Assembly (NCBI RefSeq): GCF_009914755.1
Contig: NC_060935.1
Origin: the human T2T-CHM13v2.0 reference genome, Homo sapiens
Strand: one strand, 5' to 3'
Length of the DNA: 64,000 nucleotides
The notes beneath the pieces were generated by a model, which saw nothing but the letters and a program-made list of their open reading frames with translations, was not told the origin of the DNA and ran no database searches. Of this stretch, positions 25,717-41,919 are shown piece after piece (the first letter of the stretch is position 1; every line of letters starts with the position of its first letter). The translations under genes and the position numbers were made by a program.

Positions 25717-28029
25717 GTAGATTTTAATTACTTAAAATTTTTGATTAATCGACTTCTGGTTAATAGAGATGTTGTCATATCAAAGATTTCTGTTTTAAGA
25801 AATAGAAATTTTAATGTAACATATTGTTAATAGTGAGTTATGTCAAAGTCAGTTAACTTTGGAGCCACGTCTGTCTGATTCAAAACTCTGCTCTTTTTAT
25901 TTTGTCTCATGTCTTCTCACATGTGAGTACGAGCTTCAAATCATAAAGGGACTTGCTTTTGCCTCCCAAAGGCATACTTTTCTTGTTTTCCCAATTGCAT
26001 AACACCTGCCTACAGAGTACTGACCCTAGGACATAAAGCTCTTAACTAACTGCCCTTCATACAAGAGGAATGAAGGCTTTCATGGAGTCGAGGTCTGTTC
26101 GAAGCAGAAACTAGTGTTGAAAGAGCAGTTGCTCCTCATACTAAATTGTCCCAAGAGCAAGAAGTGAGCCTGCTCTCTCTCCTTCCAGCCAGCCGCCCAT
26201 CTCTGTTACATACCCCCTTTACCAAGGCAAAGGGTTGTGTGTCTATCTGCATATTCATTAAAATGCACCAAGTCTCGGAACTGGCTTTCTCTCCCCCCAT
26301 TCTACTGCCTGACAAAGGATTTGTCACAAAAGACCCTCTTCCCAGTTTGTAAAACAGTTGTGTAAAACTCGGACTGTAAAGTCACAGTTGACTGCTTTAA
26401 TGTGGAACAGCTGGGAGGGTGTAGACACACTGGCAGGTTGAGACAGGGACTGGGAATGGTCCCCCATTCTGCACAGGGTCGACTTAGTCACACCACCTGC
26501 TGCCCCTATTATTTCAAGAGCAAACCAGTCATGACAGCCTCAACAGACGGACACACAGCACCAGACGGTGCAAGGGAAGTTAAGAAAAGACAAATTAAGT
26601 GATCAATAAAGATAAGGGACCTGCTCAGCAGTAAATGGTGCTGACAGACCAGACAAAACATGAAGCAAAAGGGCATTTGATAATGTGGGGTGTGCAAAGC
26701 TTAGCGTCAACCTTCATAGTATTGACATTTCAGAGACCACTGGGACCTTGGCAGTGGATTTTCCTAGCTGGGCTGACTTGAATTGTAGGTGGTTGCCTTT
26801 ATCTTTCCATTGAACTCGGAGAAGGGTCCAGGGCCCACCTCAGAAGTGTAGTAAGCCATGTACATGGAGGAGGTCACCACTGGCATTGCCCCAGGCCAAA
26901 CTAGACAGTGCACATGGGTGAAATCTGAGGTCTAAGATCCACAAAGCTACCTTTCTTTTGATGTTATGAGGGGCATTCATTTGCTGAACATTCATTCATT
27001 TATTCATTCCATCTAATCTTTAATGAGTATCTATTATGGACATAGGTATAGTGCTAGGCCCTAAGGGAGGTGGGGGTATGGTGGTTTTATCAGTGGTGAT
27101 CGTACAAAAATGAAGTAATTTTTCTGGAAGATATTGCAGACTCATAAAGAGCCCATCCCACCCAACACCTCCCTACCTCAAGACCACTTTAGATACAACG
27201 TCTTAAATACCCATAGTGGACGGATATACAACATGCTAGAGAATGACCAAGTCTGCTTTAAGAAGTCAAGAACATTTTTACAGAGGAGGCTAGCAAGGAG
27301 AAAGTTCAGCGAAAGACATTTCTGGAAGAAGCAGCAGCACAGAAAAACAGAGATGTGACAAATTTGCTCTTCTTTCCCAGACCTGGATCTCAGGAGTTCT
27401 CAAAGCTACAGGCTACCCAAGGGTGAGTTAATTAAACAGTAAAGTTTTATTCATGTAAACAGGATATTAAGAGAGTAAAAATTCAGATTAATTTTTTGAG
27501 ATAAAAATCTAATACATCCAAGAAATTTGGGGCTTTTGTTTAAGGCTGCTTCAGATTCTGTCCCTAGATACTCCCGGGGTTTGAGCTTTTGCTTCTCTGC
27601 CATTGGTAGGAACATTTGAGACTTGTGTATGACATGTCCAGTTTGGTGCACCTGGAAAATAAGGTACATAAAGACAGAGTTGGGATGGGCAGGAGAAAAC
27701 AGTGGAAAAAAAGGCTGGTCAGAAAGTCTGCAGTCAGGATGGGAAGGGCCCCCAGGCTTCCTACCTAGATAAGGCTTTACAAAGTACAGAGTACTTTTAC
27801 AGAATCATTTCAATTAACCCTCATTATAATCCTACCAAGGACTTTGAAGTGGGGATAACACAAGCACATCTGTGGAATGTGTTGTTTAATATTTGAATTT
27901 AAGAAAGTTTCTTTGACTAGAGCAAGAAGAATGGATTTGATGGGAAGAAGAGAGAAACTAAAATTTCTTTAAAATTTTCTTTAAAAGTGCCTACAATACA
28001 CCAAACAGTTGAACATTCATTATTTTATT

Positions 28030-28411
28030 TAAAGTTGGCTGTATGTGACAGAAAACTTAAAATATTAGTTTAAATAAGGTTGATTATTTTTAGTCATTCA
28101 TAGGAGATGTTAAAAGGTAGTTGTTACAGGGCTGGTATGGGGACCCATACTATCTCAGGGTTTTAGCCTGTTTCCAGCTATTCAATTGTCCCCAGGGACC
28201 AAGCTCCAGACATCATATCTTTGTCCTGAGAAACAGGAAAGAATTAAAGAAGGGTCATGACAAATTCCCAATTGTATCTCACTGGCCAATACTTAATCAT
28301 GTGGTCACCACTGGAAAGCTGAGAAATGTAGTCTTCTAACCAAGCAGCAATATGCCCAGATAAAAAGGAAAAGAATGGATACGGGGGTTGACAGTTAGAA
28401 ATTTGGCCACA
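28030..28411 (-). mobile_element. ERVL LTR33-like
   Basis: cagggctggtatgg...gctgagaaatgtagtctt...aagaatggata...ggccaca terminus. Confidence 0.65.
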
Positions 28412-28664
28412 GAATTATTATGTAATAAGGAAGCAGTTCAGAGATAGTAAATAATTTGTCATGAGTCACAAAACTAGAAAACTGTCCTGGGCTTAATTCT
28501 AGTCCTTCCTAAATCCAAATTCAGTGATACTTCTATTATGATGCTCCACCTGTACATGGCACTGTGGGGCTGTGGGGTGTGGGTGGGTAAGGAATGATAA
28601 ACTTCAAGCTGAAAAAGTAGGAGTACATTGAGTAACATAATAAAGATCAGAATTAATGAATAAG

Positions 28665-28825
28665 AATAATAATAAACTACCACTTCTTGGACCTTGACCA
28701 TATACAAGGTTTTATTCTATATTAGCTCGTTAATTCTCCCAAATTTGGAAGATAGTTATCGTGAGTTCTTATTTACAGATGGAGAAACTAAGACTTAGAG
28801 GGGTTAAATAATTTGCCCAAGTATG
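28665..28825 (-). mobile_element. MIR
   Basis: tttacagatggagaaactaagacttagaggggttaaataatttgcccaag. Confidence 0.75.
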
Positions 28826-29734
28826 GTTTTCTCTTTGTGCTCTATTTTTATGCTACTCTCTTTCTTTCAACGTACCATTAGAAAATAATGAATTTTACTT
28901 ACCTACAGTTTTTCTAAAATATTACTGTCATTAATTCCAAGTTGAAAAGAACTTTAGCCCTCACTATTCAATTTCTCTATAACTGTTAGTGGGGAAACTG
29001 AAGTATAGGCATATTACAACAACAACAATGACAATGGTATGGTAGATTGAGTCCCATAGTGGACACGAGTCTTCAGCCTTGTATCCCAATGCCAAGCCTA
29101 CCTCCACCCACCTTTTTCCATGATCCCTGTCAAGGGAAGAAGAATTGCTAATCTGAATAATGAGATTCTAAAACACTGAGTGAGTTATGATTACCAAAAG
29201 GCAGTATCACTGTGTTAAACAGCCTTTCCATTTCTTTCTACCTCTGTGTGGTTAGCAAACCTAGACAAAGCCTGGCACATCAAAGGGGCCAAGCATCTCC
29301 TTTTCTTCCTCCTCGTCGTCCACCACTACCTCCTCCTCCTGTCCTTGTCTTTTTTTTTTTTTTCTCTCTCTCTCTCTTCCTCCCTCCAAACCTGGTCAAC
29401 ATGCCCACTTGTCCTTCCTCTTCTCTTTGACCAGTTTCCTTCGTGAACCCATCAGAGAGTAGGTAATTCTGAGATTTCTACTTTAAAGAAGAATGTGAAG
29501 GCCCTGCTTTGTCCTTAAGTTAAAACTCTGAGATCCCCCACAGCTTTTCCAGAACTTAGAAAAGGGTGTACAAGCAGCTGAATGCCAAAATGGAACCTGA
29601 ATTTCCATTCTGCTCATGTTCCTATGTGTTTAGCTTCCTCAATAGGAAAGGTGATTGCAGGGCAGGATTTGGGAATGCCTGGGTTTTCCTTACTCTGACA
29701 CTATCAATTCATCTTTCACCAAAAAGAAGGGTTC

Positions 29735-29925
29735 TCCCTGTGCCAGGCACTATGCTCAGCACTTTATGTGCAGAATCTCACATAGTTCTCATAATAGCCA
29801 TCTGAGGAAGCTGCTATTATAATGGATGAGGAAATCGAGATTCACGGGGTGAAGGACTTGCCCAAGGTAACACAACCAATAAGAGGCAGTTCATCAAAAC
29901 TCAGGTCTGTCTGACTCCAACTCTT
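29735..29925 (-). mobile_element. MIR
   Basis: tgtgccaggcactatgct...gacttgcccaaggtaacaca...aggtctgtctgactccaa. Confidence 0.8.
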
Positions 29926-30879
29926 GCTTTTTCTGATGGCTGATACTGGGTCCCCTCCACTGTACGAAAGGAGCCCCCATGTGCCAATGTCACCTTGACC
30001 GGGAACTGTGACAATCCTAAATTACGTAGATGATCCCCAGTTTTTCTAAAGCTGTTCTCATAGTGACCATCCTAGTCCTTGACTAACGCTTTGCATCTGT
30101 GAGCTGATTACTCATCAAGCCAGCTATCGCATGATTTCCTTTTATGAACTGGACTATACATCTAGTCCTGAGAAGACCATGGTACATTAGTGTTGCTGTA
30201 TCAGCTTAAGAGGCATACCACATCCAAAATGATTTCAGCAAACAACTGGAAGTGTTATGGCAAGGCATGGAATGCACCAGGGGCAGCCATCATATGCTTT
30301 GTTTGGCGGTTCTGCCTTCATCTAATCAATGTCTGGAGATCTTCAGCAATTTCTGGAGATCTTTTCCCTCCTAATGTGTTAAATGCCGATATAAATAAGA
30401 CAGACATTGGGGCATCATGGAAAAGCCTAGAATGGAGTGCCAGAGACATTGGTCCTAGTGCAGGCTGTTCACACTAGCTGTGTGACCTCCCGATGCTTCA
30501 CTTCTCTGCACATCAGTGTCTTCAGCTGCTTCATAGGTATGACAAAAACATGAAGTTCCCATGAGTTAATAATGTATATGAGTGTGTTATAAAATTACCA
30601 AACAACTGTTATCATTTGTAATGTTTTCCATACTCTATGAGCTTTTTGAGAAAAGAGACACTATTTACGTGTAACCAGAGAGAATAACATCTACCCTACT
30701 GAATCCTTCTAAGAACTTAATAAAATACACTTATGAAGCACCCAGCCTGGTGCCTACATAAATAGGTGATAAAAATCTTTCCCACCTAACTCTTTGGTTT
30801 TGGGTCCCCATGTCTTAGCACATGCTAAACATTAGTAAATATCGAGGTAGACAGTATAACATATGAGTGAATGACGATA

Positions 30880-31120
30880 ATAAGTCACAAACACACAGTT
30901 TTCCACTGTGTGCAGACTCTGTGCCAGGCAGCATTCTAAGTGCTTTCTGGAGAGCTATTTATTTAACCCTTATGACCACCCTCTGACTAAGGTACTATTA
31001 TTATCCCTGTTTTACAAATAAAGAAACAGACAGAGAAAGGAGTTTGTTAACTTTCCCAAAGCGTCGCAGCTAAAAACTAGCAAAGCCAAGATTTGAACAT
31101 ACACTATCTGGCTCCAGAAT
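30880..31120 (-). mobile_element. MIR
   Basis: gtactattattatccctgttttacaaataaagaaac...atttgaac...ctggctccaga. Confidence 0.8.
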
Positions 31121-31149
31121 TAAGTGAATAGAACCCAGATAATGTATTC

Positions 31150-31612
31150 AGTTGCAAATGGCCAAACTTTGTTTTTTTTTTTTCTCTGTTTTTTGTTTTT
31201 GTTTTTGTTTTTTTTTTTTTGCAGCTACTGCTATCAAGAGGCAGAATCTGTTTTCCCACCTGTTGAGCTTGGGCTTATTTTGTGACTTGCTTTGGTCAAC
31301 AGAATGCAAGGGAAGTGACTGTGAGTTCTGAGCCTAGACCTCAGGGGACTCGCAGCTTCTGCTCTCTTGAAATACTGCCACCATATGAGCAAGTCTTCAT
31401 TAGTCTCCTTGAGATGACATGAAGAGAGGTCCAGCTGTCTTAGCCATTCATGCTGAGGCCCAGACTTGTGAGTGGGGCCTTCCTAGATCACCCAGCCAAG
31501 CCAGTCCAAAACAGCATAACATCCCTGCTCAACCACAGGATTATGAAAAGTAATAGAATAATTGTTGTTCTAAACCACAAAGTTTGGAGTGGTTTGTTAT
31601 GTAGCAAGAGAT
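31150..31612 (+). mobile_element. MaLR LTR (MLT1F/G/H-like)
   Basis: gtgacttgctttggtcaacagaatg...taaaccacaaagtttggagtggtttgttatgtagcaa. Confidence 0.75.
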
Positions 31613-34499
31613 CAGATCGGGGGCCAATCTGCTTAGGGGCTATTTGTTCATGGATAGGCTGCTTAGCCCTCTGGAGCCTCCATTTCTTTATCTGTGAATG
31701 AGAATATTTATTCCCACTTCCCAGGATGTTGCATGTTACTTGCTATATGGTAAGTAGGTCCTCAAAAAATGTGAAATTCCTTCTTTATGAAGAATATGTT
31801 ACTTAAAGATAAGCTTGAGAGGAATGCAAAGTGGCTGGAAGATCAGTTTGTAGATTAGGGTTACAAAAATTTAGGAACATGATAGGTCACAAATGCTTGG
31901 AACAGGTAAGTAGATCCATTGAATTTTTTACTAAGAAGGGATGCAGAATGCAGGTTACATGGATGGACTTGGGGACCTTTAAAGGTCATTCTGTTCTTAA
32001 GATTCCATTAATCTCTGGCTCTAAGAATCACTACGTGAGCCAGGATAAAACTTTCTCCTATTCTCTTTTCCTCACTATCTTTACAACCAGATTTCCTTTC
32101 ATGCCCACTGGTAATGCCGAGCTGTGGTTGAAATCTTGCAGGCTTTGTTAGTGGGCCTCTTTCTAACCCCAAGTTAAGTACAGCAGAGTAGGGGATCTAA
32201 AATGTTAGCTGAATTGAACACTAAGCACAGGGGATTCCATTGCTTTTACTAAAAGTGTTAACAGGAGCAGAAAAAAATCATTACAGTAAAAAAGGCAGAG
32301 AGAGATAGAAAAGTTTTGTTTTAATGATTGGTGAAACTCACATAAATATTCCCATAGGATGGTTATTACATTATTGTTAAGGTTTTTATTTGTTTGTTGC
32401 TTTTTTTGGCTTGCTTGGTTTTGTTTGTTTTGTTTTTAAACATTTCATCTCAATTGTACTATGGGAAACTTTTTACAATGACCAGTATTGCTGTTTCTCT
32501 TTCTATTCCCTATGAGAGTCTCATTAGAATTCTGTAATCTCGCTGAGTGATTTCACTAAAAACGCCACCAATGACCCAACTCCGAAACTCAAGAGTTGCA
32601 TGTGATGGGTGTTTTAATTTGTTTCTTCACTAAAGACATTTAAAAACATAAACCAAATTAAAATGAAATATTTCAGTAAGTGATAAAAATACTTGCACAG
32701 TTTCACATCAGAAATTTTTGGAGGGAGAAGGGGAACTGTGGCTTTTAATGAAGCAAATTGAAAACATAAAATAAACCTTCACAGAACATAAGTGACCTGA
32801 AATATTCTATGCTTCCGTAATATCTTTATGGAAGAAAAATAAAATTTCCAAATCCACATTTTCCCTGTATATTCCCTGGCTTCAAGCTCAGGCCACGTTT
32901 TTCTTCACTCTTTGCTGGTTCCAGTCCTCATCTCCGGGCTTTGCAAAACCCAGCCCTGCTGATGAATAAACATCGTTGTGTCTGTGGCGCCCCATACACT
33001 TTGGAGACAATGTTCAGCTTCAAAGTTTTCAGAATTGCCCAGTCCGGTTTTGTTAACGACATTAGTGGGACCGCATTGTCGGGGTGAGGGGTGAGACAAT
33101 GGTGCATCTCTTACATCATCAAACACAAGGAGCTCTGTCTCCAGCTGTACAAACAACACAGGAAATGGATTTTTTCTTCGTGTTATTTTTTGTCTATTAA
33201 AATTATGCAAACCCAGCAAATACAACAATTGCTTTGTTAAGTCTCCGAAATGTCTAACCATTCATTTCTCAAATAAGGAGCCTGCGGTGCGTTTGATGCT
33301 GAGGATTGTTAATCCCAAATGTGGAAAACTAATAAAATAATCAAAAAAGGCCTCAGAAGTGTTTATAAATTTCAATTATCTTTTGCTCTCTATCCCAGGA
33401 TTGGACTAGACGGGATGAGGTTGCCTTCAAGTAGTACTTGAGTCAGGGCTGCATTTTCTCCTCCCTGGGCCCCTAGTCACCGATGTCTCTTCTTTGAGGC
33501 TGAATCGCCTTAGCGGGGCTGGTGTTTGGAGGTGCTCAGGGCCAGAGGAGACAAAGCAGGCCTGCTTCACAAAGGCAAGGGAGCCAAAGAAAGCAAAATT
33601 GAATCTCTAGCACCCTGCTCCTGAGTAAACAGACAAAACTAATGGGTCTGCCATTTCTCCTCCCATCCAATTACTGGGCTCCAGTAGAGAGAATATGGCA
33701 ACATCAGCTCACACAAATTCTAATACTCTTAATCCCTTCCATACATATAAACCTCACATCCACCCACATGACTTCATTACCAAAGCCACCCAGGCAGGCA
33801 GTGTGAAGGAATGGGCCCGCCAGCTGCAAAAACCTGCCTTCTTCAAGTTTTAATCAGCTAATGAGGTACATGCAAATGAAAAGCTTATGGGATTATGGCT
33901 TGTCGGACAGCAGTGCACCCCTAGTGATGGAGGACTAATACAGGTGTTAGTGAACGGGTTATTAGGCCTGGCCTAATTTAGGCCTATTCATGCTGCGCTT
34001 ACACTCTTAGCCTGGACATTTGTCCTCACCCTGGGGGCCAGCAGGAGCCATCTTTAGGCCTGTGGTAGGTCTGACATGAACTCCTCACTAAAAGATACGA
34101 AGTTAATAAATCCGGCCATTGGGTGTTTAGGCATACACAGCAACATGAGAGTGGCCTCACGGTAGGGGCTTTCTTTCTCTTCCCACATGGGGAAGGGCCT
34201 GAGAAACTGCTATGGAGCAGTGAGCGGGCATTGTATCCAATATTATTCACCACTCACTGCTGCCTCTGCAGCCTCCACCAGGAATGCTATCTGGGAGTTG
34301 CACCTAGCCCCTCATCTTTTCTTTTTTCTTGTGTCCTGAGACAAGTACTTACCTACAGAGGATGACAGCCTATCTGCGGAATGTGCTGCAAAAGAGAAGG
34401 TCAGAGAGAGACTGACTGGCTGCAACTGAGCAGTTGTTTCTGGAGAGGTCACTACCAGGCAGGTCGGATCCCCAGCTCCACCAGCCCAAAGCCCAAAAC

Positions 34500-34838
34500 C
34501 AGCCTACACGCCTTCTCTGCAATTCTGAAATCCTCAAAGATCAGAAAAACCAAAGAGGTTTTTTTTCATAACTCATTTAACAGCAAAACCTGACATGAAG
34601 CTACTTATAACCTTTCTATCTCATTAAGTATTTATGTATTTTATTGCACGAACATTATTAATATGTCTGATTTTGAGGTGCTTATAATATAAAGTATATA
34701 CCATACACTAGATAAAACACACAGGGTTTTATCTAAATTATGATATATACTTGATATTATTCTAAAAATCTTCTTTAGAAATCTGAATCCTGAAACAAAT
34801 CTGGCCCAAGGGTTTCAGGAAAGGAGTTAGAAAACTGA
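34500..34838. mobile_element. Tc-mariner Tigger fossil (Tigger12-like)
   Basis: ctgcaattctgaaatcc... and ...aatctggcccaagggtttcagga ends resemble recalled consensus. Confidence 0.5.
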
Positions 34839-35640
34839 ATCATCAGTTAACCCAAAGGTAATCAAGCACCAGAGGAACATTTCACCAAAACACTACATTA
34901 TTATGTCTACCAAAATAATTTTCTGATGACTAGCATACTGGTAATCAGTACAGGTTAACCATTTCCTAGTCATCAAGGTACCTTAAAAAGCAAAACAGTA
35001 ATCAGAAGTTAGAAGGTAAGCATAGAATAATTTGAACAACCAGTAACAATAGCTAATATTCGTAAAGTATTTCCTATGTGCCATGTTTTGCAAACACTGA
35101 GTTGTTTAGCACACACAAAAACCTCTGAAGCTGGCACTATCATAATTCCCATTTTATAAGTGGAGGAACCAAGACTAAGAGGGCTACTATTCTGAAAGTA
35201 TTTTGAGGAATATTTAATCCAGACTTAGGTAAGATGCAATAAATTATAACTACCCCAGAATAGAATTCTTTATTCTAGTAACCAGAACACATTCACTTTT
35301 CCCCTCCCCTTCAGATGGCATAGCAGAAGCTAGCCAAGTATTACCAGCAACTTCTGTTTCTGAAGGTTATTTTGTCTCACCATTTCCTCAAACTGGTCAG
35401 TCGCCTATTTCTGTTTTCTTTTCTATTATCCTCATCTTCTTGAGAATAGAGCCTTCATCATTTCACCTTTACCATCTTGTGGAGCTTTCTGCTTTCTTCC
35501 TTTCTTATTTGTATTATATGTGTGCCTTTCTATAAAATATCTTGAGGTTAGAATTCCAGACTTAATTTATCCTCATAAGCAACTAGTACAAGGCTTGAAA
35601 TACAGGATGCATTCACAACATATTTCACGAACCTCTGCTA

Positions 35641-35946
<306 letters not shown>

Positions 35947-36434
35947 TTACTGTTCGCATTGATAGACATGTGTTAATCTGTTTAATTTTCCCCAAAATCC
36001 CTGGAAGGATAAGCTAATGTGATCTCTACTTTGATCACAAGGCCCAAAGAAGAGACATCAATTGCCTGGTGATACAGTTAGCATTAGCAAAATTGAGATT
36101 AGAACTCAGGTGATTTCACAACAAAGTATCTATGCTGAAATTTGCTGTCTTACCACTCTGCAAGAAATAGTCTCTTGAGATGTTCTCACACTGGTGGGGA
36201 AAACTGACTTGTAAAATAATTATGGCTCAATGTAATCAATGTTAGAATGTCAAATACTGAGAACACAAAGGCGAGACTGACTCTTCCTGGAAAGCCTGGG
36301 AAATCCTCCTGGAGGGGGTAGCATCAATAGGTTGAATTATTCATTTTCTCTTGTTTATTTAACAAATATTTATTAAATACCTATATGTGACAAACAATGG
36401 AAGATGCTAATTCACAAAGAAGTAAAGACATAGA

Positions 36435-36644
36435 TAGTGGTATATTGGTAGACGTTTAACAATAAGCTTTCCAGAAAAAAAAAAAAAAGACCCTGATTTG
36501 TAATGTCTGCTGATTTCCATAGAGTAAACACTTCTACCATGGCTGATGCCAGACAGCCAATGTGACATCAACAGCCTTGCAAAAATCACTGAAAAGTTAA
36601 CAAGTTCTTGCTAGCCAGTATGAACTGACTCTGGCATGCCACTG
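36435..36644. mobile_element. MER63-like hAT MITE
   Basis: TIRs tagtggtatattgg / ctggcatgccactg; 8-bp TSD gacataga/gacatagg. Confidence 0.85.
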
Positions 36645-36682
36645 GACATAGGCCTTGCCTTCATACCACTTACAGTCCAGGG

Positions 36683-38378
<1,696 letters not shown>

Positions 38379-38399
38379 ATCTAGTGGGATATTATTCTT

Positions 38400-38715
38400 T
38401 GTCTTGAAGAATGAGTAAGAGTTTGCTTAATGAAGGTGATGTGAAGGGGAAGCCAGGCAGGTTATGTAAGCCAGGAGGGCACGCACTTTCATTACCATAA
38501 GAAGGTCAGCTTGGCTGGACCTGTGATTTTGTGGGGCAGCAAGGGAGAAGGGCAAGGGACAGCTTCTGAAGCTCGGGATGCCTTGTCTGCTTTGCCTGCC
38601 TAGGAGTTTGTGTTTATTTAGTGGGCAACTGGAAGCTACAGGAAGTCTTTAAGTAGGGTCATGATCTGATCTGATCTGATCTGATCTGCAATTTAGAATG
38701 ATGACTCTGGCTGCT
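38400..38715 (-). mobile_element. L2 fragment with (TGATC)5 expansion at 38662-38687
   Basis: ggagtttg...tttaagtaggg...atttagaatgatgactctggctgct. Confidence 0.55.
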
Positions 38716-39264
38716 GGGGTCTGGAGCATATGTATCCTGGGACTGTGTTTTGTTTAGCTGGCACTGTGTTTGATAAGTTTAAATTGTTCCAGGTCCCACC
38801 ACTCCCCATTCATACACTCCCCCTGATTCCCACATTTATGTTGCTTTCCTAGTCCTTATGAGGGTGCAAACTTGAAAACACTGCAAAAGAAAATGGTGAG
38901 GTCCTCACCAGAGTGTACTCTCCTGATTAGGGAAAACTGGGGACTTATCAGCACCTCTGTGAGGTCCTCTTTGGCCTGAAGGCCTTTGAAATGTTGGTGA
39001 TCTTTGGCACAAACAGAAAGAAAAGAAGAGTGTGTAATGCAAAATCAGGCTTGGAGAATTTTAGACCTTTCTAATTTTTAGATTTCATTTACTTTTAGTG
39101 AAAACACACTGCTACATGTTTTGACCTGACTTTCTGCAAACTGTCACTTCTGGAAAATAGCAAATCTACACCCCCATTATCATAAGGGATCGTTATTATC
39201 CTTCTGGCGAAAATCAGATGATGAGTTAGACTTTAAGAGTTAGACTTTTAAAAGTGTAACTCTT

Positions 39265-39570
<306 letters not shown>

Positions 39571-40069
39571 TTAAAAAGTGTAATTCTTATTTACTTCCCA
39601 AGGAATATTGCAACTTAATAAGCCTTTTTAAAAAAAGGAAAGAAAAAAATTACCTTTAATCCCCCACCCCACCCCCACACAGTTTTTTTTGTTGTTGTTT
39701 GTGTGTTTAATGATCTCTTTCAGGCTTGACCCACAAGCAGCCATGATGAATACATGTTGTCATCATAGCATAGAAATCATTTTATATTCTACCCTTACTT
39801 TTTATTAAGGCAAGGAGAAAAATAAACACAACTGGGTTCCTGCTGACTACCAGAGACTGCTAGATGTTGTAACATACCTTGTCTTATTAATTTATTCTTA
39901 CAATTACCGAATAAAGTGGGCATTATACAGAATTTTACAGAGAAGTTCAGTGACATAATAAGATATTAGGCTATTACTAATTGGTTATTGAGGTAATTCA
40001 GCTCCTGAAGGACCAAGAAAGGAGTCAAACCAGCTTTCTCTGGCAACAAAACCCCTTCCTATTACCCTT

Positions 40070-40237
40070 GTATTTTCCCCATGTTGTTTCATCACCTCAG
40101 TTGCAATAAACTGTCTGGCTTCATAATACTTTGGTACATTACAAACTTCCTGAAAGCAAGAACTGGGTCCTACTTGTCCCCAGAACCAGTACAGTGTCTG
40201 GCAGTCATAGGTATTTAATGAGTGTTTGTTGAATAGA
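40070..40237 (+). mobile_element. L2 3' end
   Basis: cagtgtctggca...taggtatttaatgagtgtttgttgaat. Confidence 0.7.
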
Positions 40238-40686
40238 CACAGCCCCTCCATCTGCCATTTTTTCAACCTCCTGAAAAGCTCAGGGCTAAGGAGGGCCTCC
40301 TCCTGGCTTTCTTCCTTCCCATCCTTGCTTACTTTACTTGACAAAATTTGATCCAACTTCTACTACATGTTGTGTCCTTGGCTAGGTATAGGGAAACAAA
40401 AACAAAAAGCCCCTGCTGCATTTCAGCAGGAGCTCATGGTCTAGCAAGGAGGCAGGCAGGACACCGGGAGGGAAGGGTTTGTTGGAAGCATCTATCTACA
40501 GGGAGAAGCAACTAGAATAGCCCGGGCTGTGAGGTCACCTGGGATGGTTCTCCAGGAGAAAATGGCTTTGTTCCAACTTCTACAGATAGCACCTAAACCC
40601 TAGCTAGCCATCTTTTGAGTATATGCGCTTGGTCACAAGAGGCCTAAAATGAGAAGGATTTTACAGAGCTGAAGACTGATGTTTCA

Positions 40687-41155
<469 letters not shown>

Positions 41156-41870
41156 TTATTTTATCTTATGCCGAAGGTATGTATGAAACTCAGATTTTTG
41201 TTCTGTATACCATATCATTTAAATCCATTAAGGCATCTTGCTATATTTGCAATTCCTCAGTAAAGTGAATAATTGCTACCCTCTCCCTCCCATATTTACC
41301 TTTTATCCCATTCCAAACACCTATTTTTCTAAATTCTGTAGTTTATAGGCTTTAGTCTCATGTACAATGACTTTGCTTTCTAAAATTATCTTGCCTGTCA
41401 TTGCAGAATGAAGGTAAATCCTTATTTGATTGATTGGCATCAGTTTCCTAGGGACTTGCTAATGTGATCCTTTGTATTCTATCTATGCCAACATCTTTAG
41501 AATTTAGAAAGATGATATGAGAGTTTTGGCACTAGATAAAATTCACCAGAGGTCTTTACAGAGTGTATTATATAAATATCTGAAGAAATTCTTTTCTCTG
41601 TCTTCAAAAATGCCATTTTCCAGGTCTGTGATCTATTTGCTGTGGAATTCCATCTTTGGATAACAATGTAGCCAAAAGTCAGTGCTTGAGTACCTTGCAA
41701 CTTGATGGGAGAAAATTCTTCTGACCTTGGAGTGAATGGGGGCAGGTGTCCAGTTATACTTCTTTCCCCAAACTCTAAAATCGTCTGCCTCTTCTTGCCC
41801 TTGCCCCAGTCTAGGCTTTACTGGAGAATTCATTTTCTCTGAAAAATAAAAAAAATAAAAATAAAAATTA

Positions 41871-41919
41871 TTAGGTTGAAAGTAAGGGCAAAGACCGTAG
41901 TTACTTTTGCACCAACCTA
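41871..41919. mobile_element. MADE1 mariner MITE, internally deleted
   Basis: ttaggttg...ggcaaagaccgtagttacttttgcaccaaccta. Confidence 0.85.

Noticed and set aside
32905-33261. 118-aa ATG ORF in unique DNA
   Set aside because: No recognisable homology; length compatible with chance in six frames of 64 kb.
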